Shown: positions 23,649 through 37,960 of the stretch, piece by piece
Numbering within the stretch: the first letter of the stretch is position 1
Layout of the letters: each line of letters starts with the position of its first letter
Source of the DNA: Callorhinchus milii
Taxonomy: Eukaryota
Assembly: GCF_018977255.1 (NCBI RefSeq)
Contig: NW_024704743.1
Span: 13,022,001 to 13,086,000 of the forward strand
DNA: 64,000 bases
Direction: 5' to 3'
Translations under genes and position numbers: made by a program
Notes under the pieces: model-generated
Databases searched by the model: none
What the model was told of the DNA's origin: nothing
The model's input: only the letters and a program-made list of their open reading frames with translations

Positions 23649-23924
23649 TAGATCCATAAAAGGACAAAATGTTGGATTTCAAACAACTACATCAAAGGTT
23701 GATAGATAGCATATCAAAACCCCAAAAAGGTTGCAGGAACTATTCTGGCACCAGTAAATAAGATGTTTCCATTATACTGTAGCAATCTGAAGTGAAATTT
23801 GCTTTAGTGTCAAAGCTGAAACATGATTAATACACACTAACTGTACAAACAAACCAATAAATTCTTCCTTATGAGAGAAATAAATAGAAGCAAGGAAAAT
23901 TGAAGAATTCGCATGATTTTTCTG

Positions 23925-24450
23925 GTCAAATGGTGACACGTGTGGAAACCCATCATCATGCTTAGAAGTATCCAAACCAAACTGAGTACCATGCGTTCCA
24001 CCCATAAATAGAAATCCCCATGTATTGGAATGGAAGGAGGGACGCATTCTGCTTACTTAATTCTGGAGAGTATTAGGTGCAGACTGGCAAGAGCCAGGGT
24101 TTGGGGACCCCACCGTGTGCAATGAGGTACGACTGCAGCTGAACCAGCTAAAACCGCTTAGCTTCTCATTGATATCACTATCTAGCAAGCTTTCTCACTG
24201 CTTGTCCAGCTCAGACCACCCTATCCATTAGGGCTTTGGTTTGCAGGGTTAACAGGAGCTGAGTGGAATGAATCCCTGCCCTCAGTGACTGGTCTGCCCT
24301 TCAATACTGTGGATCCGTCTGGCTCAGGCACCGGACTACCAAGACTACCACAGAGAGTTGATTTGATTCTGACATTCCATTGCCAAGTGGAATGTCACCT
24401 TGGCGCCAGATCAGGTCCAAGGAGACCCCACTAACCCCCCACAGGAGGAT
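23925..24450 (-). mobile_element. 3' UTR copy of the same unclassified family
   Basis: Reverse complement matches 4760-5135 and 13635-13925. Confidence 0.7.
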
Positions 24451-25008
24451 TGAGCTGAGACAATTTTATGACATTACTTTTATGCCATAAAATATTTTAT
24501 TATGCTTTAACAGCACACCAACACATCCCATTTAAAATCAAAGGGGGACAAACATTGGTGGGGGCGTGGGGGGGGGGGGGGGAAGAGATTTTGATTGTAC
24601 TGCGTTTGGTACATTTACTGACCAACAGAGAATCATACAATACAAAATGGCATTTATTTAGAGCCTTTCACTTCGGGAGAACATCCCAATGTGCTGGTTG
24701 AAAAAGAAACATGATTAACAAAGAACCATGTTGGAAGCACCTGGCTGGAAATTAAATGTTTACATTAAAGAGAAAAGTGGCTACATAATGATTAATTAAA
24801 GTCATCATGATGTAATTAAAATACACTACTAACATCGGAATGAGGAAAATAAATATTTTTGGACAAATATTCTTGAATAAGTCTTAATGTGGAAATCAAA
24901 ATAACTATGATATAGCGCTTTTTGGACTATCAGAAGATTAATTTAAATTATAGTTATTGCTGCTCTTTTGCATAAGTTATTGGCTAGAATTAAAATAATT
25001 GACAATAC

Positions 25009-28000
25009 CTTGGACTTATCAGCTTTCCACTTGCTTGAAGGTACCAATATGCCAGAGCGAGACAGGGTTGTTTTTGCTTGGGTGTACGTTAGTTTCTTAT
25101 TCTTTTGTTTCGAGCTGAGAAGACCAAGTACAACCTTTGTGGGCAGGCCTAATGGATTGAGATTGTTTGAGCTAATTGGCCAACTGGCATATGCGGAGGT
25201 CTTTTTGTCTGCCTGCTGTATATGTAAAGGCTTGCACTTTGTTAAATAACACCAACTGAAACTCGTTGAAGTCTTCAGAGTTGAAAGCGATGCACGTTGT
25301 ACATTTCGTGTGCTTGTTATTGGAAAAGAAGCTCCCACCTTTGTCCTCTCCAAGTTACTCATTGGCTGAATTTGGTTGTTTTTATTAAATGGTAACTTAT
25401 TACCTTGAATGTTAGTTGATGACTTCAACAAAGTGTTATTCAACTGTGGAGAAATGGAAGATATGGGTGCAGGTGATTTTTTAATAACGGTACACGAAGG
25501 GGAAGGAGAATGGCTTGAATGTTCGGATTTTAATGTCTCTCTTGAAATTACAGTTCTTTCCTGGCAGCTTGCAACTGCTGAAACCTCCTGGTTGGACTTT
25601 GTTGGTGAGCTATTAAACTCTGAAGTCTCAGGATAGTACTGTGGAGTACCTTCCTGATCAACAGGCAATGGAACATCCACCTGATCTGTGGTGCAAACTT
25701 GCCTCACCAACGTAGGCTTCTTGTGCTTATTGGAGTCAAAAGATACCATGCAGTGTAACTGAATGGATGTAAGATTACTATTGCTTACAGATCCATTTTC
25801 ATCCTTGGCTCTTTTTTGTTGATTTTCCATCGCAATGTCCAAGCTGTTAGCTGGTGACAGCATGCGTTTACTTGATACTGTAGTTTCCTGGTGTGCAAGG
25901 AGTTCATCTGATAAAATCTTTTTAGTATAATTCTGTGAGACAATGTGAACAGGTGAATTTCTGCTTTCACTTTGTGAATTGCAGTTTTCAGGAACAGCAG
26001 ACATTTTTATTTTAGAGGTTACTTCACTTTCATGGAGTTCTGGATAATCCTTTGCTGTTGTAAGCATCTCCTTATCCCTGGTTGAATTGTCAAGATCACA
26101 AATAACTGGAGATAGCTGGCTGGATTGGTCTGGTGTTAGTAAAATCTGTGGCAGCGTTGTAAACGTACCAATGTTATAAACAGACTTATTACTGCCAACA
26201 GGCACGACAAGAGAAGCTAGAGGTTGTATATTGCTAGGTGATTGGGCTGTAATTACTTGCTGAACCTGTGGTACCAAATACAAATTTGAAACAATTTCAA
26301 GTGACTTTGTGGAAACACTTGAAGTCAGCCCACTTGCTTCAATAGTAACAGGGATTGGAAGAGAAATTATTGGCAATTGAGGTGCAGCACTGGGAAGCAA
26401 ACAGGGTTGGCATGGGTGCAGTTGGTATTTGGGAGCAAATCTATTATCTTGAGGCTCAGAAGACTGTGATATACGTTGACCTAAAGTATTTTGGGCTAAA
26501 TGACCTGGCATTACATTTGCAAGCAATATGTTTGTGTTTTCGTGCGGGAGCTGACTTTGGATGGGCCTCTGAACACTGCCAGGTAGTCCCTCAGGCGGTT
26601 GAATATGAATTAGATTGTTCACGCTTACATCTTGTGCGGAAGACATGGATTCATGCTGTGTCGTGTGCTGAACTTGCAACGCGCAAGATAATGGATGCTG
26701 GGAAGTTAAAAAGGACACAGGCCTATGAGCTAAAGGACCTTTGAGATGGGGCACAGCAGAAATCTGCACAGAGAGATTTTGTTGAAATAAGTTGGAAGAC
26801 ACAACTTGAGGTTGAGAAGTTTCTGGCCCAATGCTTAAAGACATTTGTCGCACAAGAGGCCCTCTTCTTCTTTCAATGAGAGGTACAGATTCACATGTTT
26901 CTATTGGAGAAGAAATCAATGGTGAAACCATTTCCATAGGAACTACAGGCGACACAGACCTTGTTGGGGATATACTACCACAATCAAATGACTTGCTGCG
27001 AATTCCTGCAATGGCCTCCATAGAATGTTGCAAAGAACTACTTTGTTCAGATGCAGCGCGTCTCATTTCTCTGTAGTGCGAGCTGGGCACAACAAGTGTA
27101 TTCGTGCCACCAGGCAGTGTAAGAAACTCAGATGATTTATTGATTGCTTCTGCCTTTGAAGGACTCTCGATCCTTGGAGCATCATCCCGATCAAAGGAAG
27201 CTGATAAACTAGAGCAACGAGACAAACTGCTATCCCGACTGAGGCTTCTCGACAGTGTAGAATCAAAGCTCGATTCACCAGATGAATGTTCCATTTCAGC
27301 TAAGCGTATCCTTTTCTTCTTCGGTGGGAGTTTCTCGGTTGGTAGCTTGGAAAGTGTCTCACTTCGCTGAGGCCAGTGAAATGTTTCAGTCCCTTTTTCT
27401 TGATCATTTCCTTGGGGTTCCTGCAATCGGTCTGGTTCTTCTGTAACCAAGATTTCAGGAACTTGAATGTTACGTTGACGGACTAGACGGGATTGCTGTA
27501 AGGGATTATTAATATCAGCAGGCGCCATTCGCAAAGTTTCATGCATTTCTACTCTTGTCGCAGATGTTTCAAGTTGTTGAGCAGATGCAAGTTGAGGGAG
27601 GTGAATTTCTTCTTTACCCTCACCCACAAATATAGCAGGCTGCTTAATTTTGTCATTGAGATCCTTTTCTTGTAAAGGAACAGGAGAAATTCTATCAATG
27701 GATTCAGCATTCTCAAAGGAACTGGTTCTGCTCAAGGAGTTTGTATGTTGAATTACAGACACCCCACTGCTCGTCCTACTTGACTCTCCTCTCTCTTTTA
27801 ATGGACTGTGAACCGATTGGATTGGAATTTCGCTGCTAAAAGACAGTGCAGCCTCCAGAGAGTGTTCTGCATTGCTTATGTGAAAAGGTACATTTTTCGC
27901 ATTGATGCTGTTTGTTTGTGGAATACTGGCAATTGCATTGCTCCCTTTGGATATAACAGCCTTAGCAGCAACTGGATGTGTAGAAGGCTTCTTATTTACC

Positions 28001-31000
28001 GCTTTATCTCTGGTACATTCACTGGATACCACCTCATCATCATCACCAATGCTTCTAATTTTTCTTCTTTTCCTCACCTGCAGTGGTTGCTCCAGAACCC
28101 CCTTTGGCCCCATGACTCTGTAATGCAGTATTTGGGGCTGTGTGCTACGTGACGCAGTTTCCTGTTCTGAATCTTTTGAGACTGTTGGCTTGCTTTTTGG
28201 CCCATGGAGTTCTGAACAGTAGAATTTCTTGTGATTTTCGAAGTTCTCTAGCTTTCTGTATCGGTTTCTACAAGTCTCGCACTCGTACATTGACCCTCGG
28301 CCTTGCGACTTCTTCATCTTTTCCTGTGTGGGAAATGTGTGCTCAAATGATTTGCTCCTGGGCATCAAAATGTCTGCCAGGTTACGTCTATGATAGTTTT
28401 CATCCATAGAACACACCGATGCAAAACTCTGCCCATCACTGATTGATGAATCCTCAACTGCAGTTTGCCTGACCAGGGTTCGCGGATGGGCAGCTTGAAG
28501 GGATTTAGATGGGCCAAGAACAAACACATCATCACTGAATGAACCTCCAATTTTATCATCGAATGAATGGCTCTCGCGCAGTGGGTGGGCTGCAGGCATT
28601 GTACTGGTCCGTATAGTGGAGTACCCTGGAGTAGCAGGCATTGAATTACTTCTTGTAATTGGTAAGCAGTCAAGAGAAGGAAACTGAGGAGGAACCGATA
28701 GAAGAAAAACTTGCTTTGATTTGTCAGTGGGCGTAAAGGGGGACTTTGGTATATCAGAACTGGAGCTTGTTCGCCTTCCAGAATGAAGTGGCCGTAAATC
28801 AAATTGAAAGGAATCTTTAAATGTATATGGTTTGGGTGAATCTATACTCCCTCTCCTTGAAAGAGAGGTTCTTCTTGGTTTCACACTATCCAGCTGCTTA
28901 TCATCTACTACAGCTTCATTGTCTGATATCAACTTGGAAATGCGCTCCTCAAGGGTTTTTGTTGCTGCTGAAATGCGGACAGGAGCAGACAACACTGATG
29001 CTTTTTCAGGTGAGCTCAAATACAAAACGGTGGATATGACATGGCTGCTATGAGGTGGACAAGGAAGGATGTTCTTACCAGGATCCATGTCAGTGGTGGC
29101 TATCAGCTTTTGGAAAGGACTTATTGGGCTCATTTGCTGATCTGCACTCTCAGAACGCGAGAAGTACCCAGAATCTGTGCTGCCTAAACTTCGAGGGCTT
29201 AAATGATGCTTCACTTGCTGTTGCTGAGAAAAGTCGGTAGCTTGCTGCCTCTGAAGCTGTGCATGTCCCATAATCAGCTGAGGTTCATGTTCTTCTTGAT
29301 GACTCATCCTTATCTGTTCCTTATCTTCATGATCTAGTTTCTGAATTGGTGAAGTCAAGGTTGAGATAGACCTAATCCTTGCAGTCTGTGGATCAGTTTC
29401 CTGTTGTGCAGTTGCTCGTTCTGGGGATACGGTCGTCACCTTTGGGCTATCAGCCCTTCGGGGGGAAACAGTCACAGGATACACAACTACTTTCGGTAAA
29501 GCTGTCGTTACTTTAGACTCGCAGGATTTCTGTGGTGGGACTGATTCACCAATCTCGCAATCAAAGGTTTGATTTGCCAGTTTGTCTGATGACATGAAAT
29601 TTACAGGGTCCACATATTTTTCAGAATACAACATATTGCTAGATACTTGTGCAGGCTCTGATTCAAAGTGCTTCTGTTCAAACAATCTTTCTTCAGATGT
29701 GGATTCATCATCACTCTCACCACTTTCTTCTACATCTGAGTGAGTATTAAGTGCTCGGTCAGATTCCTGGGACAGCGATGCACCACTGCTCTCGGATCTC
29801 AAAACCAAACCAAGTTTGATAGCATGTGCATGGGACTTTTTGTGCTTATATAAATTGCTTTTAGTCTTAAATGAAAATCCACATGTAATACAAGGGTAGG
29901 GTCGTTCACCTGTATGGGATCGAATGTGTTTTTGCAGGACACTAGGTTTTGCACAAGCTCGATTACAATACTCGCAAATGTATTTCCCTTGCTTTTTAGG
30001 CTTCTGGTCTTTAAGCAAGATATCAGACATTTGGTTATAACCAGGTGCTACCTGAACACAGTTAGGTGGATTAGCTGCTATAGATTGTTTTGGATAACCC
30101 AAAAGTTGACTTTGAGGCAGACCGTGTGGCATGACAGAGGCCTGAGGATGACCTAATGGCGTCACTGTTAAATTGTACGTCGATTGATAATAGTGCTTTT
30201 CTTGGCTATGCTGGTGTGATGGTGATCCATTGAACCTTTGCGATAAGGCATGGTGTTGATTTTGTTGTGCAGCCGGTGAAACAAATCGGGTTTGCTGGTA
30301 GTGTACATATGACGAAGGCTGAACCTGTGCTTGTTCTCTATTCCCTGATTTGGGCACAATCTGAGTAACATTACAATAATCCTGTGATCCTGTGCCAAAT
30401 TCAGACTTGATCACTGAAGTCTGCTTTAGAACCTGTGAGGTTATTGTTGAGATTCCAGTGGACTCTCCTTGGGTTCCAATAGTGGCATTCGATTTTCTTG
30501 AACCCTCTGCAATTAGTGAGGATTTCCTACTTGAAAGAGTCTTTAGTTCAGGTTCCATAGCTTTCAATAAGACATCAAAAGCAGTACTTGCATATGAGGG
30601 AGAAATCCCGTGTGTACTGCAAGTATTGTTCTCAGGTTTAATGATCCAATGTTCACGAAACAGAGATAAATGATCAAGCTGATGTTGCGGTCGCTCTTTT
30701 GATAATGCGTGAATTTTATCTATTCCTGGTGATTTCACTTTAACATCCCTTTCAAGTTGTTGAGCTCTCCAATTTGGAGGTCTGCTACATGAATCAATTG
30801 AGTGCTGCGTTGCTTCAATCCTCCCCTTCTGCATTGATCTGCCTGGTTTGGTTTTCTCAAAATTTTGATTTAGCCCTTGTGAATGTTCTTGCTGAGACTC
30901 TCTTTCAGTCTCCACTCCTCCATTTTGCACAAACAAGTGGTCTTTCTTTAAAAGTTCAGAAGCAACTGAAGAATCACTAAACAAAACTGCTGCTTCCAAA

Positions 31001-31142
31001 TTCTCCCTATCATTGCGAGACTTTGCGAGTGTTTTCACAGGAGACCTGGGGATTTTCTTCAGAATGTTTTCAGCCACAATCTTCTTCCTCTTTATACCTT
31101 TGACTGTATTTGCTTTTCTTTTGCCTTTCGAGTCATGAAATT
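25009..31142 (-). CDS. HIVEP1: HIVEP1 giant exon (6134 nt): N-terminal C2H2 pair (YICEYCNRACAKPSVLQKHIRSHTGERPYPCITCGFSFKTKSNLYKHKKSHAH, ~29821-29985), isolated C2HC finger (YECETCRNRYRKLENFENHKKFYC, ~28215-28290), Ser-rich ZAS regions
   Basis: Lies within the 2088-aa ORF 24943..31209. Acceptor tttccacag|AA (phase 1), donor AAG|gtattg (phase 0). KGIKRKKIVAEN, SLGSTDSGYFSRSESADQ and KLPTEKLPPKKKR are Schnurri/HIVEP hallmarks. Confidence 0.97.
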
Positions 31143-31211
31143 CTGTGGAAACATTTAATTCAAGATAATTAGTGCCTCTATATAGCAGTAATGAAGCTGT
31201 TACATACATAA

Positions 31212-31625
31212 GCCTCAGCCTGACTCAGTTGGTAGCACTCTCGCCTCTGAGTCAGAATGTTGTGGGTTTAAGCCCCACATTGGGACTTAAATTCAGCCTA
31301 TGCTGACACTCCAATGCAGTGAGAATGCTGCATTGTTAGAGATGCAGTCCTTCAGATAAGTCCTTAAACCAAGGTCCTGTCTGCCTGATCAGGTGGACAT
31401 AAATTCAAAGAGATGGGAGTTTGTCCTGGCCAACAACCATCCAAATAACAAATTGGTTAATAATTCACTTCATGGCTGTTTGTGGGATACTGCTATGTGC
31501 AAATTGGCTGCCACATTCCCCCACAAATTACACAATCACTGCACTTTACAGTATATCCCCTCAAGCACTTTGGGATGTCCTCCTGACTTGAAAGGCACTA
31601 TACTAAATGCAAAGACTACTATTAA
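31212..31625 (+). mobile_element. Older tRNA-headed Deu-SINE (SacSINE1-like) about 70 bp upstream of the giant-exon acceptor
   Basis: gactcagttggtagcactctcgcctctgagtcagaa...gggtttaagcccca head, gctgtttgtgggatactgctatgtgcaaattggctgcc Deu domain, L2-type tail. Confidence 0.75.
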
Positions 31626-33165
31626 TATAAATCCTTTGCTTTATTTCACTTTCAAGCTATAATTCTTTATGTAAGAGTTATATAACAAATAGAAAGACTG
31701 TACATAAGGTTTATATAAATGTTTAAAGATAACAGAACTATCCATGTGTTTTTGCATTATTGATTTTGTTAAAAATGACTTACAATTCCCAGCCTGGATT
31801 AGTTTTTTTTAAACTATAAAAGGATAAAAGAAATATTATATCTCCTGCTCAATGTAAAAATCAGACAGGTCACATTTTGTTATGAATAGCTAAATACAGG
31901 GTTCCAAAAAGTCATGATGACTACCGCATTATTTAAAAATATCCCCAAAATATCTTTTTTTAAAAGACGTATTACACATCGTAATGGTATCACGGCTTTT
32001 TGATCACCCTGTAAATTCAGAAGGAAAGATCTTGCCTTTTTATAGTGCCTGATTGCATTCAAATGTTTTAAAGCAATCCATAAGTAATGTCTTGTCATGT
32101 GTTTTGACTGTTTTTATAGACAAAATGGGTAAAATGACCAGTTATTTTGGAGGAATGTTGGCTGAGACACTGGGATTCATTATTTTCCTTTTTTGGATGG
32201 AATCTTTAACATCCAGATGTTGCTTACTCTCTGTCCTGATGTTGCACTCTTGTCCTCCTGCTTCGCCAGGGATTAAGCTAACCTGCAAGCACTTTTTGAC
32301 AGTGCAAATCAAGTACAATAATCTATTATCACATTGCAAAATTATGCCCAGGGAAGGTAAGGTTTTTTTTAGTGTACATGTGTATCAGAAAGAGAGTAAA
32401 TAAGGCAGTTCAAACAATTTAGCTTTGTTCATTTACATGTGCCACCTGCAGGCGGAGCACTTCTGTTAAATGAGTGCTATTTGTTGGAACAGTGTGGCTG
32501 ATCGGATAAATTATCAATTCACAATCAGAGCAAACACTAGCGCTTGTACAAGAGAAATTCTGATCTGTGTAGTCGGACTGGCGTCTAAATCAATTAAAAT
32601 ATTAATTTAGGTTTTAGCAATTGAAAATCGGACCAAAGATGTTCACAGTTGAAATACTGGACGCTGATAAATTAGGATCTAAGATTTAATGCCACAATAA
32701 ACTACTAAATTTCATTCACTTTGCAACACCTGTCACTTTCTGATATTTCCCAGAAGAATAGATTGGACGCCTCATATGCTTGTAACTGGATTCATCATTT
32801 AAAAGGTACCTACGCCCACGCTATCTGTCAAATATTGCATTTCAGAGGACCAATTACTATGGAGTAATATAATAAGTTTTCTGTGCAGCAGCTGAAAACA
32901 TTTCAACATTGCTCTAAATGTTTTTTTAGCTTCCAGTAAATAGACTTGGCTGTCGAGCCCAACCAATTTTTCCTGGAAGCAAAATGTTTTGCTCATATAC
33001 TGGAAGTTACATGTCTGGAAACAGTCACTGTACTGGACAATCTTGGAGGCCAAAGACAACTCCAGGCTCCTTTTCTCCATCACCAACCGGCTCCTCCGCC
33101 CACCCTCTCACTCCTCGCCCAATCACACCTCTCACACCAACTGCGAGGCGATGCTGGACTTGCTC

Positions 33166-33312
33166 AATAACAACAAGAAGATTACATTTGTATAGTGCCT
33201 TTCTCGTCGGGAGGATATCCCAAGGCACTGGACAGCGTACAGCATTTCAGATCCGAGCTGGGATTGGGGGGGAAGGGAGGGGAGGGGAAGTGGGGTGGCT
33301 GATGGCATGGTC
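33166..33312 (-). mobile_element. L2 3'-tail fragment inserted antisense inside the L2 at 33030-35211
   Basis: Reverse complement of the L2 tail (aacaacaagaagattacatttgtatagtgcctttc...cccaaggcactggaca) interrupts the host L2. Confidence 0.75.
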
Positions 33313-33922
33313 CTCAAAACCGAAGTCGAGGAGATCCGCTCAGCTGCCTATGCCCTTCCGATCACTACCCCCTCCCCATCTCTCCCTCACACCCTGGCCT
33401 CTACCCATCCCTCCATCCACACCTTCGAAACTGTCTCCCTCTCTCACCACCACTATAACCTGCATGAAACCAACCAGCTGCTCCCTCAACCCCAGCCCCA
33501 CCCCTCTCCTTACCTCCCAGTTCCACCTCCTTGCCCCTCTACTCACAGACATCATAAACCTCTCCCTGTCCACTGGCACCCCTTTAAAAACGGCTGTCAT
33601 CATTTTCCTTAAAAATCCTCCCTGGATTCATCCCTGCCCTCAAATTACCGCCCCATCTCCAACCTCCCTTTTCTCTCCAAGGTCCTGGAATGAGTCGTTG
33701 CTTCCCAGCTTCCTCTCTCGCCACTCACTTCACGAACCCCTCCAATCAGGTTTTTGTGTTGCCCACAGTACAGAAACAGCTTTGGTCAAAGTGGCAAATG
33801 ATATTTTATCCATCCGCGACCAGATTTCCCTCTGCCTCCTTGTACTCCTTGACTGAATTCGATACCGTTGACCACTCCATCCTCCTCCACCACCTCTCCT
33901 CAAGCATCATGGTTCTGTCCTT

Positions 33923-34057
33923 CTGATGAAGGGTTGTGGACCCAAAACGTTGACTCACTTTGCTTTCTCCATAGATGCTGCCTGACCGGCTGAGTGTTCC
34001 CAGCGACTTCTGTTTTTGTTTCAGATTTCCAGCATCTGCAGTATTTTGTGTTTTGTT
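33923..34057 (+). mobile_element. Short Penelope-like repeat with a hammerhead-like core, inserted in L2 with a ~14-bp TSD
   Basis: ctgatgaagggttgtggacccaaaacgttgac...catagatgctgcctgacc...agatttccagcatctgcag. Flanks are atggttctgtcctt (33909-33922) and acggttttgtcctt (34058-34071). Confidence 0.75.
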
Positions 34058-37019
34058 ACGGTTTTGTCCTTGGCTGGTTCAGAATGTACCTCTCACACCT
34101 TCTCCATGTCATCTCCACAAATGGTTTCTCCTCCAGCCCCCGCATCGTCTTGTGTGGCGTTCCTCAGGGCTCTGTCCTTGGTCCCCTCCTCTTTAATATC
34201 TATATGCTCCCTCTTGGTGACATCATACACAGACATGGAGGTCAGCTTCCACATGTATGCGGATGACACCCAACTCTATCTCTCTGCCTCCACCCTTGAC
34301 TCCAGGACCACTGCTGTCCTGACAGAATGTCTGTCAGACATCAAGTCCTGGATGAGAGCTAACCTTCTTCAATTGAACATTAGCAAGACCGAGGCTCTCC
34401 TGATTGGCTCCCGTCAGCACCTCCACACCTCAGGCGCTGAAAGCATCACCATCCATGGTTGTACACTCCACCTTACTAAGCCAGACCGGAACCTTGGCAT
34501 CTTGGTTGATCCTCAACTATCCTTTCTACCCCACATCCATGCCATGACCCGCTCTGCCTTCTCCCCACCTCCGCAACATCGCCCGGCTCCGCCAGTGTCT
34601 CACACCACAAGCCACTTAAACCCTCATACATGCATTCATAACATCCAGGCTCGACTATGCAAACACCTTGCTTGTCGGCCTCCCCAATTCCGCCCTCCAA
34701 TGGCTGCAGAGCATCCAGAACTCGCACCAGGCTCCGTGACCCTATCAAACCCATCCTTGCCCGACTCCACTGCCTTCCCATCACACAGATACAATTCAAG
34801 ATCCTGGTCTTCACCTTCAAAGCCCTCCATGACCTTGCTCCCCCATATCCCTGCGACCTCCTAACCCCATACCAACCTGCCTGCTCCCTCCACTCAGCGG
34901 GCTCCAGCCTGCTTCATGACCCTCTCCTCGCCTGCCTCAACATTGGCGGGAGGGCCTTCAGTCACTCTGCCCCCACACTCTGGAACTCCATCCCGCGGTG
35001 CCTCCACCTCGCCTCCTCCCTTGCCTCCTTCAATACCCACCTCAACACCCTCCTCTTCGACAGTGCCTTTGATCACCCTCCTTCCCCCCCTGCCCTCCAC
35101 TCTCGCTGATCCCAACCCCCAGCTTGGGTCCAAAACATTGATTATCCAGTGCCCTGGGACATCCTCCCAACGTGTAAGGTGCTATACAAATGTAATTTGG
35201 TTGTTGTTGTTAAGAATTAATGATAAAACCATTCCTGAAATGAAGGGCTTTCTTCTAATTTCATGAAGCATTTACGAACATAAACATTGTCAACTGCTTC
35301 TGGCACACATCTGTTCCTGAAGTATTTTAGTGTACTATAGACTACAAATTGAAAATTAAAACTACAATTTAAGTACACTGTATATTAAGATGCACAGGTT
35401 TTGTTAAATGCTCAAAGGTGCATTCATTTTAACATTATTTTTGATAGCTAACAATTACATAATTCACTTTAATGTCAACAGACATAAAGCCAGGCTCAAG
35501 GATTTTTCCCTTTTTTGTATACCATGGCAGCCAAAATAAATCAGAGGAGTGGTTGACACACAAAGCATTGCTCTTTGCTACACGTATTGAGACATAAAGA
35601 TAGTTTTAAGCGCTTTCCCCTTACTTATATACTGTAGCAACAAAAATAAACCACAGCAATGGTTAATATACAACAATATTACTGTTCACTGCATGTATTA
35701 AGTCCTATGGGCTTTTCCTTTATAAATAAGAAATTGCAGCAATGGGTAACATATGAAACGAACAAAACCACTGTTAGTTTATCACAACTTTCATTCTCGG
35801 CCACAGAGGTACAGCATTCTGAGCCACTCCTACATTTTATTGGATTCTAGTTACATTAACGGACTTAACTTGCAAATTATTTTGATCCAAGGAAAAAATA
35901 TACTGACACCTTTTTTATTATAAATTATATATACATATATATATAATCCTATAGGCTCTGCTATAATCCTATTTAATATCTATGCTTAATTCCGCAGATT
36001 TGTATCTATTAGTTTCACCAGTATTTTAAACACAGCCAGCATATCAGCAATATAAAATTACAGAATCACTTTCTGTGAGAGCCCCGGGTTGCTTACAGGC
36101 ACAGAAGACAATTCTTGCACTATGCTACATTGGATGGTATAATGCATACGCAGTAGTCCACAAATGTATATCTTAAAATATTTCCCAGAATAAAAGCCAA
36201 ACAGCCATTCAACCTTTTGAATGATGCAAATATTTAACTCCTTTGTAAGAAATTTTCATACAATATTTAGGGGTTTTAAATCCAACAGTACTGTTTCATC
36301 ATGTAGTCTCTCTTATTTTCTAGCAAACTGATACTTTGATGAATGTTTTCATGGTCCATAGTAAACATTTATCAACACTAACATTGACAATACTACAACG
36401 TTAGATAAATATTTTCATTTCAAATACAATAAGGCAAATCAAAGATTATCTCCATTTGAGATTTTTCCCGTCAGCACATGCATCATGGCAAAATGGCCAG
36501 TGTAATGGTAAAAAAAATATTTTAAACTGGAATATGAATACCCAATTTTTCTCTTACTTCACCCATTTCTTCAGTCCTCCTTGATTTATAGCGAATCTGA
36601 GTTCTGGCTTGACAGAGCGTATGGTTTTGTTCCGTTCTGAGCCAGCTCTCTGAAATGTGCCTCAGCCTACACGTTATTGCAACACCCACGTCTCTTTTTA
36701 ATAAAGCTGTGGGTTTGCTTGAGAAGCCACTGAATTAAAAGATTGAGCTCAGACCATTCGTGGGCTGGTAACATGGGATTTGCCATGTCAATCCACAGAA
36801 AGTGAAGAAATAAACTTCCTTTTTGCTGGAATTAACACATTTGCCATACTTTGATTTATCAGCAACTGTAAACAACGATTCCACATTTGGTCATTTTCAA
36901 AATACTTGATACATTAGGCACAATCCAGAGGCAATTCATTGAGATGTCAAAAAAAGGATTTATTTCTACTAATGTAGTAACTGTATTTAGGAATTAGTGG
37001 TCATTCTGGAACATGACAA

Positions 37020-37200
37020 CCTGACTCTTTATCCATAAGGTAATTAACGACTGGAACAGGTTTCCAAGAAGGATGTCAGAAGCCAGGTTACTGGACTCAT
37101 TCAAAAAAACAGCTTGATGCTGTGGTAGGTTGGGTTTTCTGGATGGATGAGATCGGATGGTCCAATTGGCCTTTTTCATCCAAACCAATCTTGTGAAATC
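37020..37200 (+). mobile_element. CR1-like 3' fragment
   Basis: aaggtaattaacgactggaac...tcattcaaaaaacagcttgat...gatggtccaattggcctttt. Confidence 0.55.
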
Positions 37201-37849
37201 ATGCACCAATCGAGGGGATCTTCGACTTGCAAATTGTCAGCAAAGGGAGTTTCAAATATCCAAATTTGACAAAAATCTCCAGTTCTACGTGCCACAATCC
37301 TTTCAGCTCTATTTGATAATTGGTATAGCAATGGATCATTGCTTTTCTGAACTTAACTCCCAAGTTCCAAATCCACTGTCCTACAAACTCTTCTTCCTCT
37401 CTGCAACGTAACTGTGCTGCAGTCAAAATTCATTACAACATCTCCGAGTTAATGATCCCTTCTCCCAAGACTTCAGAGCTGTGGAAGTCTCTACCCCATC
37501 AGTCTTCCCTCCTTCATACATCACCTAATCACTACTTCTCAACTATGCAAGGATATTATATTTTGCTCCAACACACTTAGTAGTATTGAACTATGGTTAA
37601 GGACCATTAAAGTTGATTTTTATCCACAAAATAAAAACCCGGATGATTTCAGGCATTTTTGGGGTATATTTTGCATGTCAAAAAAGGGAGAAGATAGGGG
37701 CAGAGGGTGGGGTAAAGACAAAAAAAACGTAAATTTAGTTAACAATTAGTAACACTAACATATTTGCATTTTCTACCAATTTGAAAGGTAAATAGAGAAC
37801 ACCATATGTTTTCATAGGAATAACACAGGAGATCACGAGCAACATAACA

Positions 37850-37960
37850 CATTTTTGCCCACAAAATATAGTCAATTCACTTTACAATATATTCTGTGAA
37901 GCCCTTTAGGACGTCTCGAAGACACGATAAGGCGCTAGAACAAATGCAAGGATTATTATT
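37850..37960 (+). mobile_element. Deu-SINE tail fragment
   Basis: ttgcccacaaaatatagtcaattcactttac...aaatgcaaggattattatt. Confidence 0.7.

Larger units (their letters stand above)
33030..35211 (+). mobile_element. L2-clade LINE, 5'-truncated ORF2/RT remnant with 3' tail; carries two nested insertions
   Basis: Frameshifted ORF pieces QSGF..HSTETALVKV, GVPQGSVLGPLLFNIY, HMYADDTQLY, NLLQLNISKTE and GGRAFSHSAPTLWNS; (TTG)n tail. Confidence 0.92.

Noticed and set aside
24968..30980. Many short plus-strand ORFs
   Set aside because: Antisense by-products of the HIVEP1 giant exon.
31143..31209. N-terminal extension MYVTASLLLYRGTNYLELNVST of the 2088-aa ORF
   Set aside because: It is intronic read-through upstream of the acceptor at 31143-31144; the true N-terminus comes from upstream exons.
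32439..32458. CTCF-like motif gtgccacctgcaggcgg
   Set aside because: A single imperfect motif with no supporting evidence.
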